A DNA stretch of 60,115 bases, the filler included, from Dugesia japonica (taxonomy: Eukaryota), in NCBI GenBank assembly GCA_001938525.1. It is 6 parts of 6 records of this genome, joined end to end, with 100 filler letters (N's around TTAATTAATTAA, not from the genome) between each part and the next. Parts side by side here need not be neighbours in the genome. Positions count along the whole stretch, not along the records: positions 1 to 8,767 come from MQRL01588362.1; positions 8,868 to 19,087 come from MQRL01625205.1; 4 more parts are not named here. One strand, given 5' to 3'. Of this stretch, positions 1 to 12,151 are shown piece after piece. Position 1 is the stretch's first letter, and each line of letters begins with the position of its first letter. A program made the translations under genes and the position numbers. Under the pieces are notes generated by a model, which was given only the letters and a program-made list of their open reading frames with translations, was not told the origin of the DNA and ran no database searches.

Positions 1-480
1 CAATGAATGCAGTGATTGCGAAGAAACAAAAACCAATTTAAAAAGAAAATTTCTGGATGCTATTTATTGCGATAATATTAATTAAAGACATAGATTGTAA
101 TTTCTTTCAGATGTCCAATGAGTAAATTTATCGACCAAATCTTCCACTTTTGTAAAGAACACCTCAAGATCTTAAATGTTTTATTACATTTGCTCTTGCT
201 CTCAAAAGCTAATAGAAATCTCTCTCGATATCCACCTACTTTCTTCAATGTTTTCATATATGCTTCCATCAAATCTTCATCAAGCATACATATTATCAAA
301 CGCTCCTGATCTTTCTTAATAACGATGTTCTTCGCATCGAAAAAATATTTCACACCGTTTAATAAATTTCACTAGATCATCGCCTCTGCAAAATATTTTT
401 GGCATCAATATCTCTGTAACCGCATCGGTGTTTACCACTGCCACCATTTTAGATGAGTTTGAAGTACTCATCGGATCATT
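1..480 (-). pseudogene. Decayed Ty3/Gypsy gag N-terminus (frameshifted)
   Basis: ORFs 316..516 and 78..353 join across a frameshift into ILMPKIFCRGDDLVKFIKRCE/KYFFDAKNIVIKKDQERLIICMLDEDL, a PxxFxxGD..F...E capsid N-terminal pattern. It runs off the window start. Confidence 0.5.
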
Positions 481-2016
481 AATGTCAAAACTCATTTCCA
501 TAAAACATTTATTCACAAAACAAAAACTNTAAACATAAATTTGCTTTTTTGAAACAAATTTAAAAATTTATACTCAAAAACGGAAAATATTGAATACTAG
601 AATTTTGCGAAATATTTTTATTTAAAATTTGTTTAATGTCAATTTTAAAAATACAGTAAAAAATTCCATTTCAATGACAATATTTTATTTTCTATTTAAT
701 TTATAATTTTATTGTCAAATTTAAAAATACAGTTAACAAAAAATTTTAACAAAATTACAAAAATTTTAATACATTTTTATTTTATAAATTATTTTTATGA
801 TACAAATTTAAATATTTAACAAAACTGATTTTAATAAATTCCGCCTTAAAATACAAAAAATTCAAATTTGCTTTTAAAAACTATATTACAATTATCAAAA
901 ACAAATTTGAGCAAAGCTTTAATTTTAATGACTTCTGATATCCCCTAATCGTTTTTTCTGATGACCAAAGATATTGGTAATTATTAAATCTTTATTGAAA
1001 AACCATTGGTAGGCGAAAGATTTAACTGACGGACTTTTCCAAACAAATAAGTCTTGTATTTCAAAATAATTTTTATAATGAAGCTATTTTATATTTTTTA
1101 AATTCCTACAAATATTCTCATATAGAAAATTTTTATCGTCACTGTACCAATAATCTTCATGAAGCAATTATAATTGTTTCAGCTTTAAGCTGAACTCCGG
1201 ACAGAATGCTCATTAAGACAAAATTGTCATCATAGGATTCTTTTTTCAAGTCAAAAATTTTATATTAACTTTCTGGTATAAGAATTTGAATTTTCTTAGG
1301 CACATTAATATTATTATAAAGAGGTTCTATCCATCACAATACTTCTGTCAAAATTTGAGTTTTACATAACTACATAGTACTATTACTAATAATAATGAAA
1401 TTTCAAATTAGTGCAAAATAAAATTCCAATATTCCATTATAAAATTTCAAAAGTTACACCAAATCTAGTTATGAATAAAATACAAAATTAAAGATAAACA
1501 TTTATAGCTTAACATAAATAATTGTTGAAGGTCAAATTGAAAGTAGAATAATGTTCTATCTCTAATTAATGAATTTGTACTAATTATTATTGTATCATTT
1601 TAAAAATTCTTTTGAATGAATTTTAATAAATCTTAGCATTTAAAACCACGATAAAGAACATATGAGATCTTGCAAAGTACTTTAACAAGTTATAATTTCA
1701 GTAACTTTGGGAAATAAAATAAATCATAAAAATTCTAATTAAAATTCTTCTAGGACAAAATTTTGCAACTTTGAAACAAACCAAAGATACTCTGAAGTTT
1801 TTTTTTCCATTTGGTATTGATTTTTAATATTGAATAACAATATAAATGAATACAACTATTCTGTAAATAATATAATCAACAAATTTCATGTTTTTATTGT
1901 TTTTTTTTAAATTTATGCATTTTATATTTGAAAAATTAAATGAAAATATTTAAATAATTTGTAGAAAAACAACAATATTTAAAAATCAATAAAATTAAAA
2001 TAGTTAATAAATTAAA

Positions 2017-2817
2017 TCATGCTTTTCGTACTAATTTATATGGGATTTCTAGTTTTAATTTATAATTAGGTATAAAATGTTCATGGTAATATTTCACCAT
2101 TTCTATTAGGTTTGGAAATTGATTGAAATCACCCTGGATTGAGACTGTATTGTTTGAAGCATTTTTTACAACAATATATTTCACAATACTATTTTCCAGT
2201 TGTACAGTTAAAACATGTTTTCCATCATCTATACGAAGCAAAAATGAACCAATATGAAAACGTTTGGATAATTCTGCAGAAGCTTCATCTCTGTTTCCTT
2301 TGAAAATAAAATCATCAGTTGTCATTTTAGTATTAATGTAATCATCCGGAATTGATGGTAATTCATCTGGGATTTCATAATAAATATTTTCTACATTTCC
2401 ACTTGAATAAAAAGAAGTTGAAGAGCCTTTAGTATCAGGAAAATGAATTTCATTTGAAATTGAAATACCCCTTTTAAAGTCTTCAACAGTTTTATTCAAA
2501 TTTTGCTCAGATTGAACAGAAAATTTCATTAATGGAATTGTTTCTATGTTTAATTCCAAAACAAAAGTCCAAGGATGTGATTTATTTGGTCGTTTAAAAA
2601 TTTCAACATTTTTGATTGAGGCCAAAACATATGCTGATCTCGGTTTTTTTGATGATTTACTATCATAAATATAAATATTTCCATCTAGAATTATTACATA
2701 TGACTTTGTCCAGTAACGAACTAATGATTTTTCAATTTTCTGTTCTAAAACTCCAGAAAATATTATATTCGGACGATTTAATAATAACGAAGCTGAATCT
2801 TGTAATAAAGTTGTCAT
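2017..2817 (-). CDS. Intronless PH-domain + SH2-domain adaptor protein (SH3BP2/STAP-like architecture), 266 aa
   Basis: Intact ATG..stop ORF. N-terminal PH pattern (GVLEQK..YWTKSYVIILDGNIYIYDSKSSKKP..FSVQSE), Tyr motifs ENIYYEI and DDYIN, and a C-terminal SH2 with GSFLLR and FPNLIEMVKYY. Confidence 0.85.
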   Translation of the reverse strand: MTTLLQDSASLLLNRPNIIFSGVLEQKIEKSLVRYWTKSYVIILDGNIYIYDSKSSKKPRSAYVLASIKNVEIFKRPNKSHPWTFVLELNIETIPLMKFSVQSEQNLNKTVEDFKRGISISNEIHFPDTKGSSTSFYSSGNVENIYYEIPDELPSIPDDYINTKMTTDDFIFKGNRDEASAELSKRFHIGSFLLRIDDGKHVLTVQLENSIVKYIVVKNASNNTVSIQGDFNQFPNLIEMVKYYHEHFIPNYKLKLEIPYKLVRKA

Positions 2818-3237
2818 TTATTTAGTTAATTGAATTTCAAATAGAGTGTGGTTTAATTACATAATTGCTTAGTAAAGTATTGATTTTTTAATTTGTTCAT
2901 ATTTTTGTTGACTTATTTTTAAGCTGCAATATATAATTGGTTTAAAAACCAATAATTTAATTTAATAGATGTCTTAAATAAACTCAATGATTATGATGCT
3001 GTCATTTGAGTTACATATTTGAAGTATGATTTTGTACAATTTTTGTTTCATTTTAGCGCTATTTTCAAAATGATTTTATTTCCTGTACTATTTTTATTAT
3101 TGGTTTATTGATTAATGATTTGATTAAAAAATATTTGATAAATGTGGAAAAATGAATTTTATTTATTTTCAAAAAAGTATTTCATATTTATAGTTTTGAT
3201 TGGAAATGATAAAAATCATTTTAAAATTACTTTAATG

Positions 3238-4419
3238 TTAGGTCTACAAATAAATAATCCAAATTTTTCAGCTAATTTAAAATTTTATTTAAGAAAAAGT
3301 GACACAATTTTTTAAAGTAATCACCGTTGCTATTGATAACTTAAAGCCATTTTACAGAATGCTGATAAATTCCACCATGAAAAAATTCTGGTTGTTTAGA
3401 TGCGATAAACTCAACCCCTTTTAGGATGGCATCCGCTAATTGATAGTGCATCACACAAGGCGTGCTGCATCGATATGAACAAATGATAGTCAGCTGGGGC
3501 AATAACTGATGTTCTTTGTTTTTCAAGTAATATGTGGCGTAGCGTTGTCATGCAACAATTTCATAAAACTTTTTTCTTTTCCACAAAATTGGCGTTTCAG
3601 TTCCAAATGTTGTGTCAATCGGATTAATTGGTCTTAGTAGCGATTGGCAGTTTCCCCGGGTTTCAATAGGTCATAATATGGCACACTCTTAAAATCCCAC
3701 CAAATGCAGAGCATTACCTTTCTTAAAACGATTTGGCTTTGCAATTGATCTGGATGATTCCCGGGATTTACTCATGAATTCTTACGTTTCGAATTATCAA
3801 ATCGTATCCATTTTTCGTATCTCGTCACAATTTTCCAGAAGAACGACTTTTGATACTGTCTGTTGAAAAGAGAAAGACAGAATGATTTTTGTTAGATTGT
3901 GTGAGTTCATGCAGGACCCATTTCCCTTCTTTTTGGATCTTATCCATCTAATGCAGGTAGTTAAAATAGTATGCTGAGTTACTTAAAATTGTTTTGTAAG
4001 CTGCGTGTATGTTTGTATCGAATTATCAGAAAGTAATTCTTCCAGATCTCATTACTCCATATTCTAGTAGCACTAGGACGTTATTTGTCTGCGACACTGA
4101 AATCACCGCTTTTAAATCGCCTGAACCAAAATTTGCACACATCATACAACACTACATCTTTGGCAAGAACGGAACCAATGGATTCACATTTTTCCCCTGC
4201 TGAAATTAATGCAGAATACAGTATCGAATATGCACCTTATCTGCTCCCAAATAGGGCACTGTTGGACTGAAATATTCTGACTTTTCTGCTTGATTCTTTT
4301 CTTAACTAAATGACATCTTAATATTTGATTTGAAAATTGATTATAAATCGGGTAATTAAAGCAATTGCATTACTTATACAAGATCATAAAAAATATTGAC
4401 TATTTATTTGTAGGCTTAA
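3238..4419 (-). mobile_element. Mariner (Tc1/mariner) DNA transposon, near full-length, decayed
   Basis: Imperfect TIRs TTAGGTCTACAAATAAATAATC (3238) and revcomp TTAAGCCTACAAATAAATAGTC (4419). Minus-strand motifs in order: WFRRFKSGDF, GKWVLHEL, KIVTRYEKWIRFDN, KVMLCIWWD, LLHDNATPH, KWL*VINSNGDYF. Confidence 0.9.
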
Positions 4420-4422
4420 TAT

Positions 4423-4650
4423 AAGGTTGTCCCAAAGATTACATAGTAGCTTAAAAAAAACAAAAAAGAACAAAAACATAAAGAACACTTTATTGAATTT
4501 AAAAATAATAACTACTATTCAAAGTATAGTCCATCATTATTCAGCACTTTCTATCATCGATTCGAAAGTTTCTGAATCTATTCAAAGTACCAATCTGGTT
4601 TCTTCAAATGAAAGAATTGTTGACTCGCCTCTTCATCTTCTTCAAATTAT
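4423..4650 (-). mobile_element. 3' end of a second mariner element
   Basis: TIR-like TAAGGTTGTCCCAAAG abuts the first element. The minus strand reads QFFHLKKPDWYFE*IQKLSNR**KVLNNDGLYFE*, a mariner transposase C-terminus. Confidence 0.7.
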
Positions 4651-4654
4651 TCAA

Positions 4655-6608
4655 GTCATAACGTTTCAAGAATTAATGACAAACGTATTAGGAAAATTGA
4701 GAGGAACAATGGTATACATGGATGATATATTGATATTTTCAGAAAATCTAGAGCAACACTATAGAATTTTAGACAAAGTTTTTAAAAGAATTCAAGAATC
4801 AGGATTGAAAATTAATCCGGAAAAATCTCATTTATTGCAAGTAGAAGTCAGATGTTTAGGACATGTCATAGACAAGAATGGAGTTTGAACCGATCCAACA
4901 AAAATTGAAGCGATAAAAAATTTCGGAAGACCTAAATGTGTAAAGAACTTGAGAAGCTTTTTNNNNNNNNNNNNNNNNNNNNNNNNGTTTATCAATAATT
5001 ACTCAAAGAAAGCTAGAAGCTTGGAAGAGCTATGTGGAAGTAATAATACAAAACTTGTGTGGTCAGAAAGTAGTGATAAAGCTCTTAATGAGATGAAAGA
5101 GGCATTAACAAAAGCACCGATATTGAGTTTTCTGATATCAAAAAGATGTTTGTACTAGATACAGATGCGAGCTTTGATGCCAACGGAGCAGTTTTTTGGA
5201 AACTAGATAAAAGANGTGTAGAACAAGTCATTGCATATGGGTTACATGCAATGTCAGCTCATGAAAAGGGATATTGTATAACAAGAAAAGAATTATTGGC
5301 CATTTACTATTTTTGTTACCATTTTAAACATTATCTGTATGGAAAAAGATTTTTGGCGAGAACAGATCACAAGGCGATAGCATTTATGAAAAAGACAAAC
5401 AAGCCAATTACTTCGCAATTTCAGACTTAGATGAATTATCTTAGCATCCTAGATATGGTATTAGAATTTAGACAAGGTTCAAAACATACGAATACAGATA
5501 TGGTTTCGAGAATGAATTGTGGTACGTGTGTACAATACTTAACATATCATGTGAATCCAAATGAAGGAAAAATAAAAACAAGAACAATTAATGGTATATC
5601 AGGTTTAGATACATATAAATAGTAAAGTAATGCAGAAGAATTTGAACAGATATAGAATGATATAAAAAGTGGAATATGTATAAAGTTTCGATTAATAGAA
5701 GAAATAATAAAAACAAAATACGGCAAAATATAGATCCCATCAAAAAAGAAAATTCAAATGGTAAAAGAAATCCATAAATTATTGGTGCACNCAGGCACGG
5801 AAAAAGTCATAAATTATTTGAAAAACGAATATGATGTGAAAGAGTTAAGAGAAACTGAGTCAAAAGTAATTAAAGAATGTACAGCGTGTCAAATAAACAA
5901 GGTAACAACAATTAGAACGAAGGAGGAAACTATAAAATTAAAGACTAATGAACCATTTGAGAGTATTTATATTGATATCTGTGGGCCTTTCCAAGAAACT
6001 GTAGGAAAAAAAAGAGTTATTTGTGCCATAATAGATAAATTTAGCAGATACATTTGCTTAACAGCCCTTGTTTATTAAGAAAACGATTATGGATAAATGG
6101 ATACTAAGATTTGGTGCTCCGAAGGAGGTACATGTAGATTGTGGGAAGACCTTCGAATCGAAAGCCTTCAAAAAAATGACAGATTCAATGAATATAACGA
6201 TTTTCTTCTCAAGTCCATATCATCATNNNNNNNNNNNNNNNNNNNNNNNNNNNNNNNNNNNNNNNNNNNNNNNNNNNNNNNNNAACATTAAAAGATAAAA
6301 AGAATAAAAATTGGGCAGAGTTAATAACAGAAATCGAATATACTCTAAATGCAACAAACCAGAAGACTTTGGGTATAAGTCCAGCAGAAGTGATATTTGG
6401 TAGGAGGATAGATAGAAAACGATGGTTCCATAATGGAGAAAAGAAGGAAGAATCTGAAGAGTTAACACCAACAAAGAGACATTTTCAAGTTGGATACGAG
6501 GTGCTAATCAAGTCAGAAAACAAATCTGTCGACACCGGCTGAAGAGTTCAGAAGGCAAGAGGATTGAAAGAAATGTGGAAAAAATTAAACAGATTTTAAA
6601 GAGGGGGA
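4655..6608 (+). mobile_element. Ty3/Gypsy pol remnant (RT C-part, RNase H, integrase) ending in a polypurine tract
   Basis: RT YMDD; RNase H LDTDASF..ELLAI..RTDHKA; integrase H..H..CTAC, IDICGP and VHVDCG. PPT AAAGAGGGGGA at 6598-6608 is followed by TGT at 6609 (3' LTR start; its end was not defined). Multiple stops and frameshifts. Confidence 0.9.
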
Positions 6609-7332
6609 TGTGAGTATCGATTCAGGGAAAAAATATCTGAGATTTTTTAATTTTTGGGTATTGATTGGATTGAGTCAATAAAAATATCAAAACGAGCCGA
6701 AACGCCATCACTTTCAAATTTTTAAAATTTTATTAAGAAAATATTAGCTAATTAGGTGCTCCTTTGAATCTCATTCTGAATTAGTCATTTATCCTTATTG
6801 TTTGGTATATAAATCATCAACTGATATTCTTTTAGTATTTCTATATTTCTTTAATATTAAAATATAATTATAATATTAAAATTGGTTTTTTGAAACTTTT
6901 AAAATATAAAACAGGCTTTTTAAAATACAAATTAATTGGATAAATTCTATATATTATGCAAAATTATGAAAATATAAAAACTATTTTGTAAATTTAGGTT
7001 TAAAAATAATAAAATATATATGTTAAATAAAGATATTTTAAAATTAAAGTCAATGTGTTATATTATGTTAAATTATAAAATTATAAAAATTATTTTTTAA
7101 AATTAAATTTAAAAATAATTAAAGATACAGGTAAAAATAAAAGTATTTTGGAATTTATTTTTGAAAAATATTTTATTAGGATTTCTCAGATTATTTGTTT
7201 GAATATTGTGAATTGTTCTTTGTCATTTTTCATTTTAATAAAAGACTTGTAATAATCAATAAACAATTTATGGAGACTTTTGAGACTTTGAATTTTACTA
7301 ATATTCAAATTATTATAATATTAAATTATCCA

Positions 7333-8290
7333 TTGGAGAAACAAAATCCAATGGTGTAGGATTCCTCATCAACAACAAACTATACCAACAATACGATATC
7401 ACATTTAAAGGAATTAACAGCAGACTCGCCAAACTAGAACTCTACAAGAAGAACAAAAAAAATCAATAATTGAAAAACTCATCATATGCTATGCACCAAC
7501 ATAATGCAACAGCAGTGAAGAAGACATCCAGGAATTCTACAACAACTTAGCAATAGAAGCAAAAGAATACTAATCGGAGGTGACTTTAACTGTGGAGTAG
7601 GAAGAGATCAAAGAAACAATACATCAATAGGCAAATATGCAATCAGAGGGACAACAAGAAATGGAATGGCACTCATAGAATTCTGCGAGGAGTAAAAATT
7701 CAGATTAGAAAACACTTTCTTTATGAAAAAGAACGTAGATCTATCCGCCAACAGGAAAAGAGAGAATTTTATACTATTTCCTATCGAATAGTGAAACTAA
7801 AAGAGCAATAAAAAGCATAAAATTGAATAACTGAGCAAAAATAAGGAGTAACCACTTCCGTGTCATCGCAAGAACAAACGAAAAGAAAGGACTTATAAAA
7901 AGAGAGGCTTCCAAAACTTTAAAGAAAATAAAATACAACACCAACGATTTCAGGAAAAATGAAAAATCATATAACAAAGACGTCGAAAGAGAGATAGAAA
8001 CGAGAGTAGAGACCAAAGAAGGCTGGCCAGAAACAACAGAAATAATATCAAAATGCCTGAAGATAAACACAGAAAATATTAAGAAAACCAGAAAGTGGAT
8101 AGAAGAGCACGAAAAAGACATATCAAAACTACACGATAAAAAAAGACATGCAAAAATGAACTACCTTAACAACAAAAATGAAGCGAACAGATCAAGATAC
8201 AAAAACTCAAGAACGAAATTAACAAAATTCATAAAGAGATGCAAAGAATCATGGCTCGTAAAGAAAGGAACTGAAGTGGAACATCTTTTA
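7333..8290 (+). mobile_element. Non-LTR retrotransposon (RTE/CR1-like) AP-endonuclease fragment, decayed
   Basis: Plus-strand motifs NGVGFLIN, CYAPT, IGGDFNCGVG and NG..LIEFC..ENTFF, with an A-rich LINE-like strand bias. No RT seen. Confidence 0.8.
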
Positions 8291-8767
8291 TTAAATTATT
8301 ATGTATAGAATAAATGCAGTATAATTAGTGACTAGATTTACTCTATTAAATATTTTATATGACCAAACCAGTATTTTCTATGTTAAACTTTTATTTTCAA
8401 TAAATCCAAAACCTTTCTAGGATAAAGCTAGTCATTTCAATGACGAATCATTATTTTCTAATGATGAAACTCATATTTTCAATAACTAAACCATATAATA
8501 ATGTATAAGTTATATTCAAATGATTGATTTTACTGACTGATAGTTATGCATTTAAAAGATAAATAAATATATAAAAAACCAATGTGCATGTAGGTTTGCC
8601 AAGGCGCACATAGGGAACCAATGAGAAAGCAAAGATGAAGGCAAATAGTGAAGGATTTTATCGAATGGAATATCTATTTTTTACAAGATAAACCTATTAT
8701 TTTCATGAAACTTATATTGAACTCAAACTGTAATGGACTTAATCCTTCATTCAATAGAATAAACCAT

Positions 8768-8867
8768 NNNNNNNNNNNNNNNNNNNNNNNNNNNNNNNNN
8801 NNNNNNNNNNNTTAATTAATTAANNNNNNNNNNNNNNNNNNNNNNNNNNNNNNNNNNNNNNNNNNNN
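8768..8867. other. Artificial contig linker (N44-TTAATTAATTAA-N44)
   Basis: 100-bp spacer with stops in all six frames. Identical copies at 19088-19187, 29088-29187, 42071-42170 and 51216-51315. Confidence 0.95.
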
Positions 8868-10124
8868 ACCTCCTCCAGTGCATTAAGTAAATCCTTTACC
8901 GTCGTTCCTTTCAGTTTTAACACTCGTGGGATGTTCCACTTAGTCGCCACTGGGACTTTCTTCAAAACCTGGTCTATCGTAATGTATGCGGTTCTATCTT
9001 CATCCGGTCTCCAGGCTTTTATTGCTTTGATTGTATAATCCTCTACAGTTGTCTTTTCTAACAACTCTTTCTCATACTCAAGAATTATTGGTATCCACTT
9101 TTGATTGGTCAACGTGTCCATATGTCCTGGCTCCGCTAATTCAACTAAATGATTCATTAACTTCCAATACGTCTTTCTGGTTAATTCATATTTCAATAAT
9201 TTAGCATCCTTTATGACTGTTTCCACATAATTATACACTCTTGTTTTGTATCTAATCGGTGCTGTCTGATCTCCTTTACCACATCTGCCAGAAATCCTTG
9301 CTGTAATTTACATTTTCATTTTGGTTGTGGTTGTGGATTCCGTTCGTACTAACACCACGTACTTGTGATACTTCTTTTCAAACGATTTTACTATTTGCTC
9401 AGTTGTTCTGAAATCAAAATAATACCACAATGGTCGTTTAATGCGATGTATATCTACTAAATCTATTAACTTTATTGTTTTTTTACCTGACCAGACCCCA
9501 TATTCCGATATATGTGTTTTAGCATCGTCTTGTTCTATCACTCTGGTTCGAGAACACAAAACATNNNNNNNNNNNNNNNNNNNNNNNNNNNNNNNNNNNN
9601 NNNNNNNNNNNNNNNNNNNNNNNNNNNNNNNNNNNNNNNNNNNNNNNNNNNNNNNNNNNNNNNNNNNNNNNNNNNNNNNNNNNNNNNNNNNNNNNTAAGC
9701 ATTAATACTATAATCATCGGGTTTTGTATGACTACGAATTTCTGATTCGTATTCCTGCGCCTGAGGAAATCACACTTCACTGGTATACCTATCTAATTCA
9801 CCTGACTCTTTTAATTCCAATACATGGTTCATCATTGCCCAGTATGCTTCCCGGGAAACTACTGTCTTGAATGTTTGAATCATTGTGACTTTATCCTCCA
9901 CTTGTCTCGTTATCATTGCTCTTTTTGCTGTTAATCCTGCTGGTAGTTCTACCTCCATTGGCTGAGCTCTCATCATATTTATTCGTCCTTGATTATTATC
10001 TCGCTTTTGCATTCTCTCTCTGGCCACTTGCTGTTCTTCCAATTGTAATTGTAGATATTCTTGCTATTGTTTCAACTTGTCAAACACTCGCTGCTCTGTT
10101 TTATCTTGCCTCTATCTATCTTGT
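8868..10124 (-). pseudogene. Post-nucleocapsid polyprotein extension with a duplicated YWxxMNHxxEL domain
   Basis: ORF segments 9770..10042, 9308..9559 and 8816..9238 continue the gag strand. A 40-aa block recurs (15/40 identical, ungapped). Confidence 0.6.
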
Positions 10125-11475
10125 CTATATTGTTGCATTAGATTCACTTGATGTTGAGTTTGGTTTTGAGAGTTTTTTTATCTGGTTCCTTAATTTATCG
10201 TTTTTGTCCATCATTTTTCCAATGGCTTGATTGTTTCTCGATTTATTATTGTAATTTGTATTGGAATTGCCAAAGCCAGATCTCTGGTTATTCTGAAAAC
10301 AGTTTCTACTCGTGTGACCCGGTTTGTTGCATGTATAACACACTGGTGATTTTGTGATGAAGCAGTTTTGAGCTTTATGTCCTTGTTTCTGACAATTTGT
10401 ACATATCGTTGCTGATCTGCAATCTCTAGCATAATGACCAAGTTTACCACAGTTATAACATGTAATTCCCTGGGGTTGCTGCCACGATCCTTGTCTATTT
10501 CCTCCACTTGATCTTATATTAGTATTTGATTGTCGCGGTGCGGGTCTATTCTGACCTGGTGACAGCCCTCTCAATAATGGTTGAGTTCTGTCGGGTATAA
10601 AATCTGCAACTTTTGGTTCGCTTTTCCCTTCCTCTTTTTGCTCTTCAATTTTAAAAACACTAACTTGTTTTTTATTCATTTCCACTTTATGGGCTACCAT
10701 CGCCGCGTTTATTGCCATATCTACCGTTGTAGGTTGAGATAGATTTACCCATTTTTTCACTTCTGCATTTCTAAGTCCTTTAATAAAGATACCGAGCACT
10801 GTGGGATCATCCAACTTGTCCTTTGTTGCCAATTTGCCGAGTTTACGCAATTCTGTTGCGTATGCCTGAAAAGTTTCATCTTTTAGTTGTCTTCGCCCCA
10901 CAAACTCTTGAATTTCTTGTCCTTACAACATTAATGGCTTGAAGTTTTAAAACAACACTTTCTAAGCTTTTTCTCAGGTATTAACGGGATCTTGACGATC
11001 ATTAATTTTATCCCAATAAATAGTTTTAGCTGAATGCTTTAAATATAGAGGTAATCTATCTGCTGCTCTCTTGTCGCTCCATTGACAGGCTTGTATATGT
11101 ATCCCATATGCCGCAATAAGACTCCGAACTTGATTCCGAGTACTGGCGAATTCTACTTGACGCTCTTGTCGTAGTTATACTATCGGTAACTGATTTAGAT
11201 TCGTCTAAACTTTCTAGATCAATGTCTTCTAATCAATCGGCTCTTGAGTTGTTTGGTTCGGTTATGGTATCAAATTCTCCTGGTACGTCGTCGCTAGACG
11301 GGAATGAATTGGGTGATTTGGATGCTGAAATTGATAGAGATTGATTAAATTGTCGGGATGGCCTGTTGTAGGAGACCGATCGTTTTATTTTAGCTGAATT
11401 GGGTCGTTTACTTACAAATGACCTTCTATTTTCGGTACTTTCTCGAAAATTGTATCGGGATTCTTGATTATCTAT
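10125..11475 (-). pseudogene. gag: Gag (capsid + three CCHC zinc knuckles), decayed
   Basis: CA N-terminus QWSDKRAADRLPLYLKHSAKTIYW; MHR-like RQLKDETFQAYATEL..FIKGL; knuckles CYNCGKLGHYARDC, CTNCQKQGHKAQNC and CYTCNKPGHTSRNC. The presumed start reads ATA at 11475. Stops and frameshifts lie upstream of 10901. Confidence 0.9.
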
Positions 11476-12151
11476 GATTGTTTATTTGGTTGGTTCGTAG
11501 ATTGATTGGTTTATCGAATCTTGGAATATTGGAATGTTGATTGTTTTGGTTTCTGAAATTAAATAATATGGCCCTACGGCTTCTGCACGCATTCAAATAT
11601 TATTATCGTATTCATTAATTGACTACTGTATCTACTGTTATCTATTGATTGCTACCTCTAATCTCCCATTACTACTCTACAATACTTTAACACAATTTAT
11701 TTCTATTACATTAGCAGAAATTTTACAAACTTTACTATTATTCACTCATCATTTATTATACATATGCAACATTTTAGCAATTCAAAATTTATTAAACGTA
11801 CGCAGCACTTTCATTCAACAGGAGTATTAATTTCTATATTTACGATTCCATTTTGCTTTATTCAATTTCAGGTAATATTTAATAACTTCTATTTCATTTT
11901 AAAAATTCAGTTAAATTCACATCTACTATCCAAATTCACTAATCCCAAAGACTTCAACCCAAAGATTATTAACTCCACTCAATTTCTTGTTATTGTTATT
12001 ATCATTTCAAAATTTCCTCCGTTGAGTTCATTAATACATTCTATTTCTTCCTCCTGGAACATTCCCGCCTATTCTTGGCAAATCTTCATCAATGAAAGTT
12101 TTCTAATTTAGTGAAAACTTCAACTAGCTCATTACACAATTGATTACATCT

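Noticed and set aside
4427-4888. 153-aa ORF as a single gene
   Set aside because: It is a chimera of antisense mariner sequence and Gypsy RT.
7774-8121. Hydrophobic minus-strand ORF
   Set aside because: It is the antisense shadow of an A-rich LINE; the same applies to 9916..10230, 52576..52870 and 58236..58766.
8812-8823. Recurrent TTAATTAATTAA motif as a biological repeat
   Set aside because: It is always centred in 88 Ns to give exactly 100 bp, i.e. a six-frame-stop assembly spacer.
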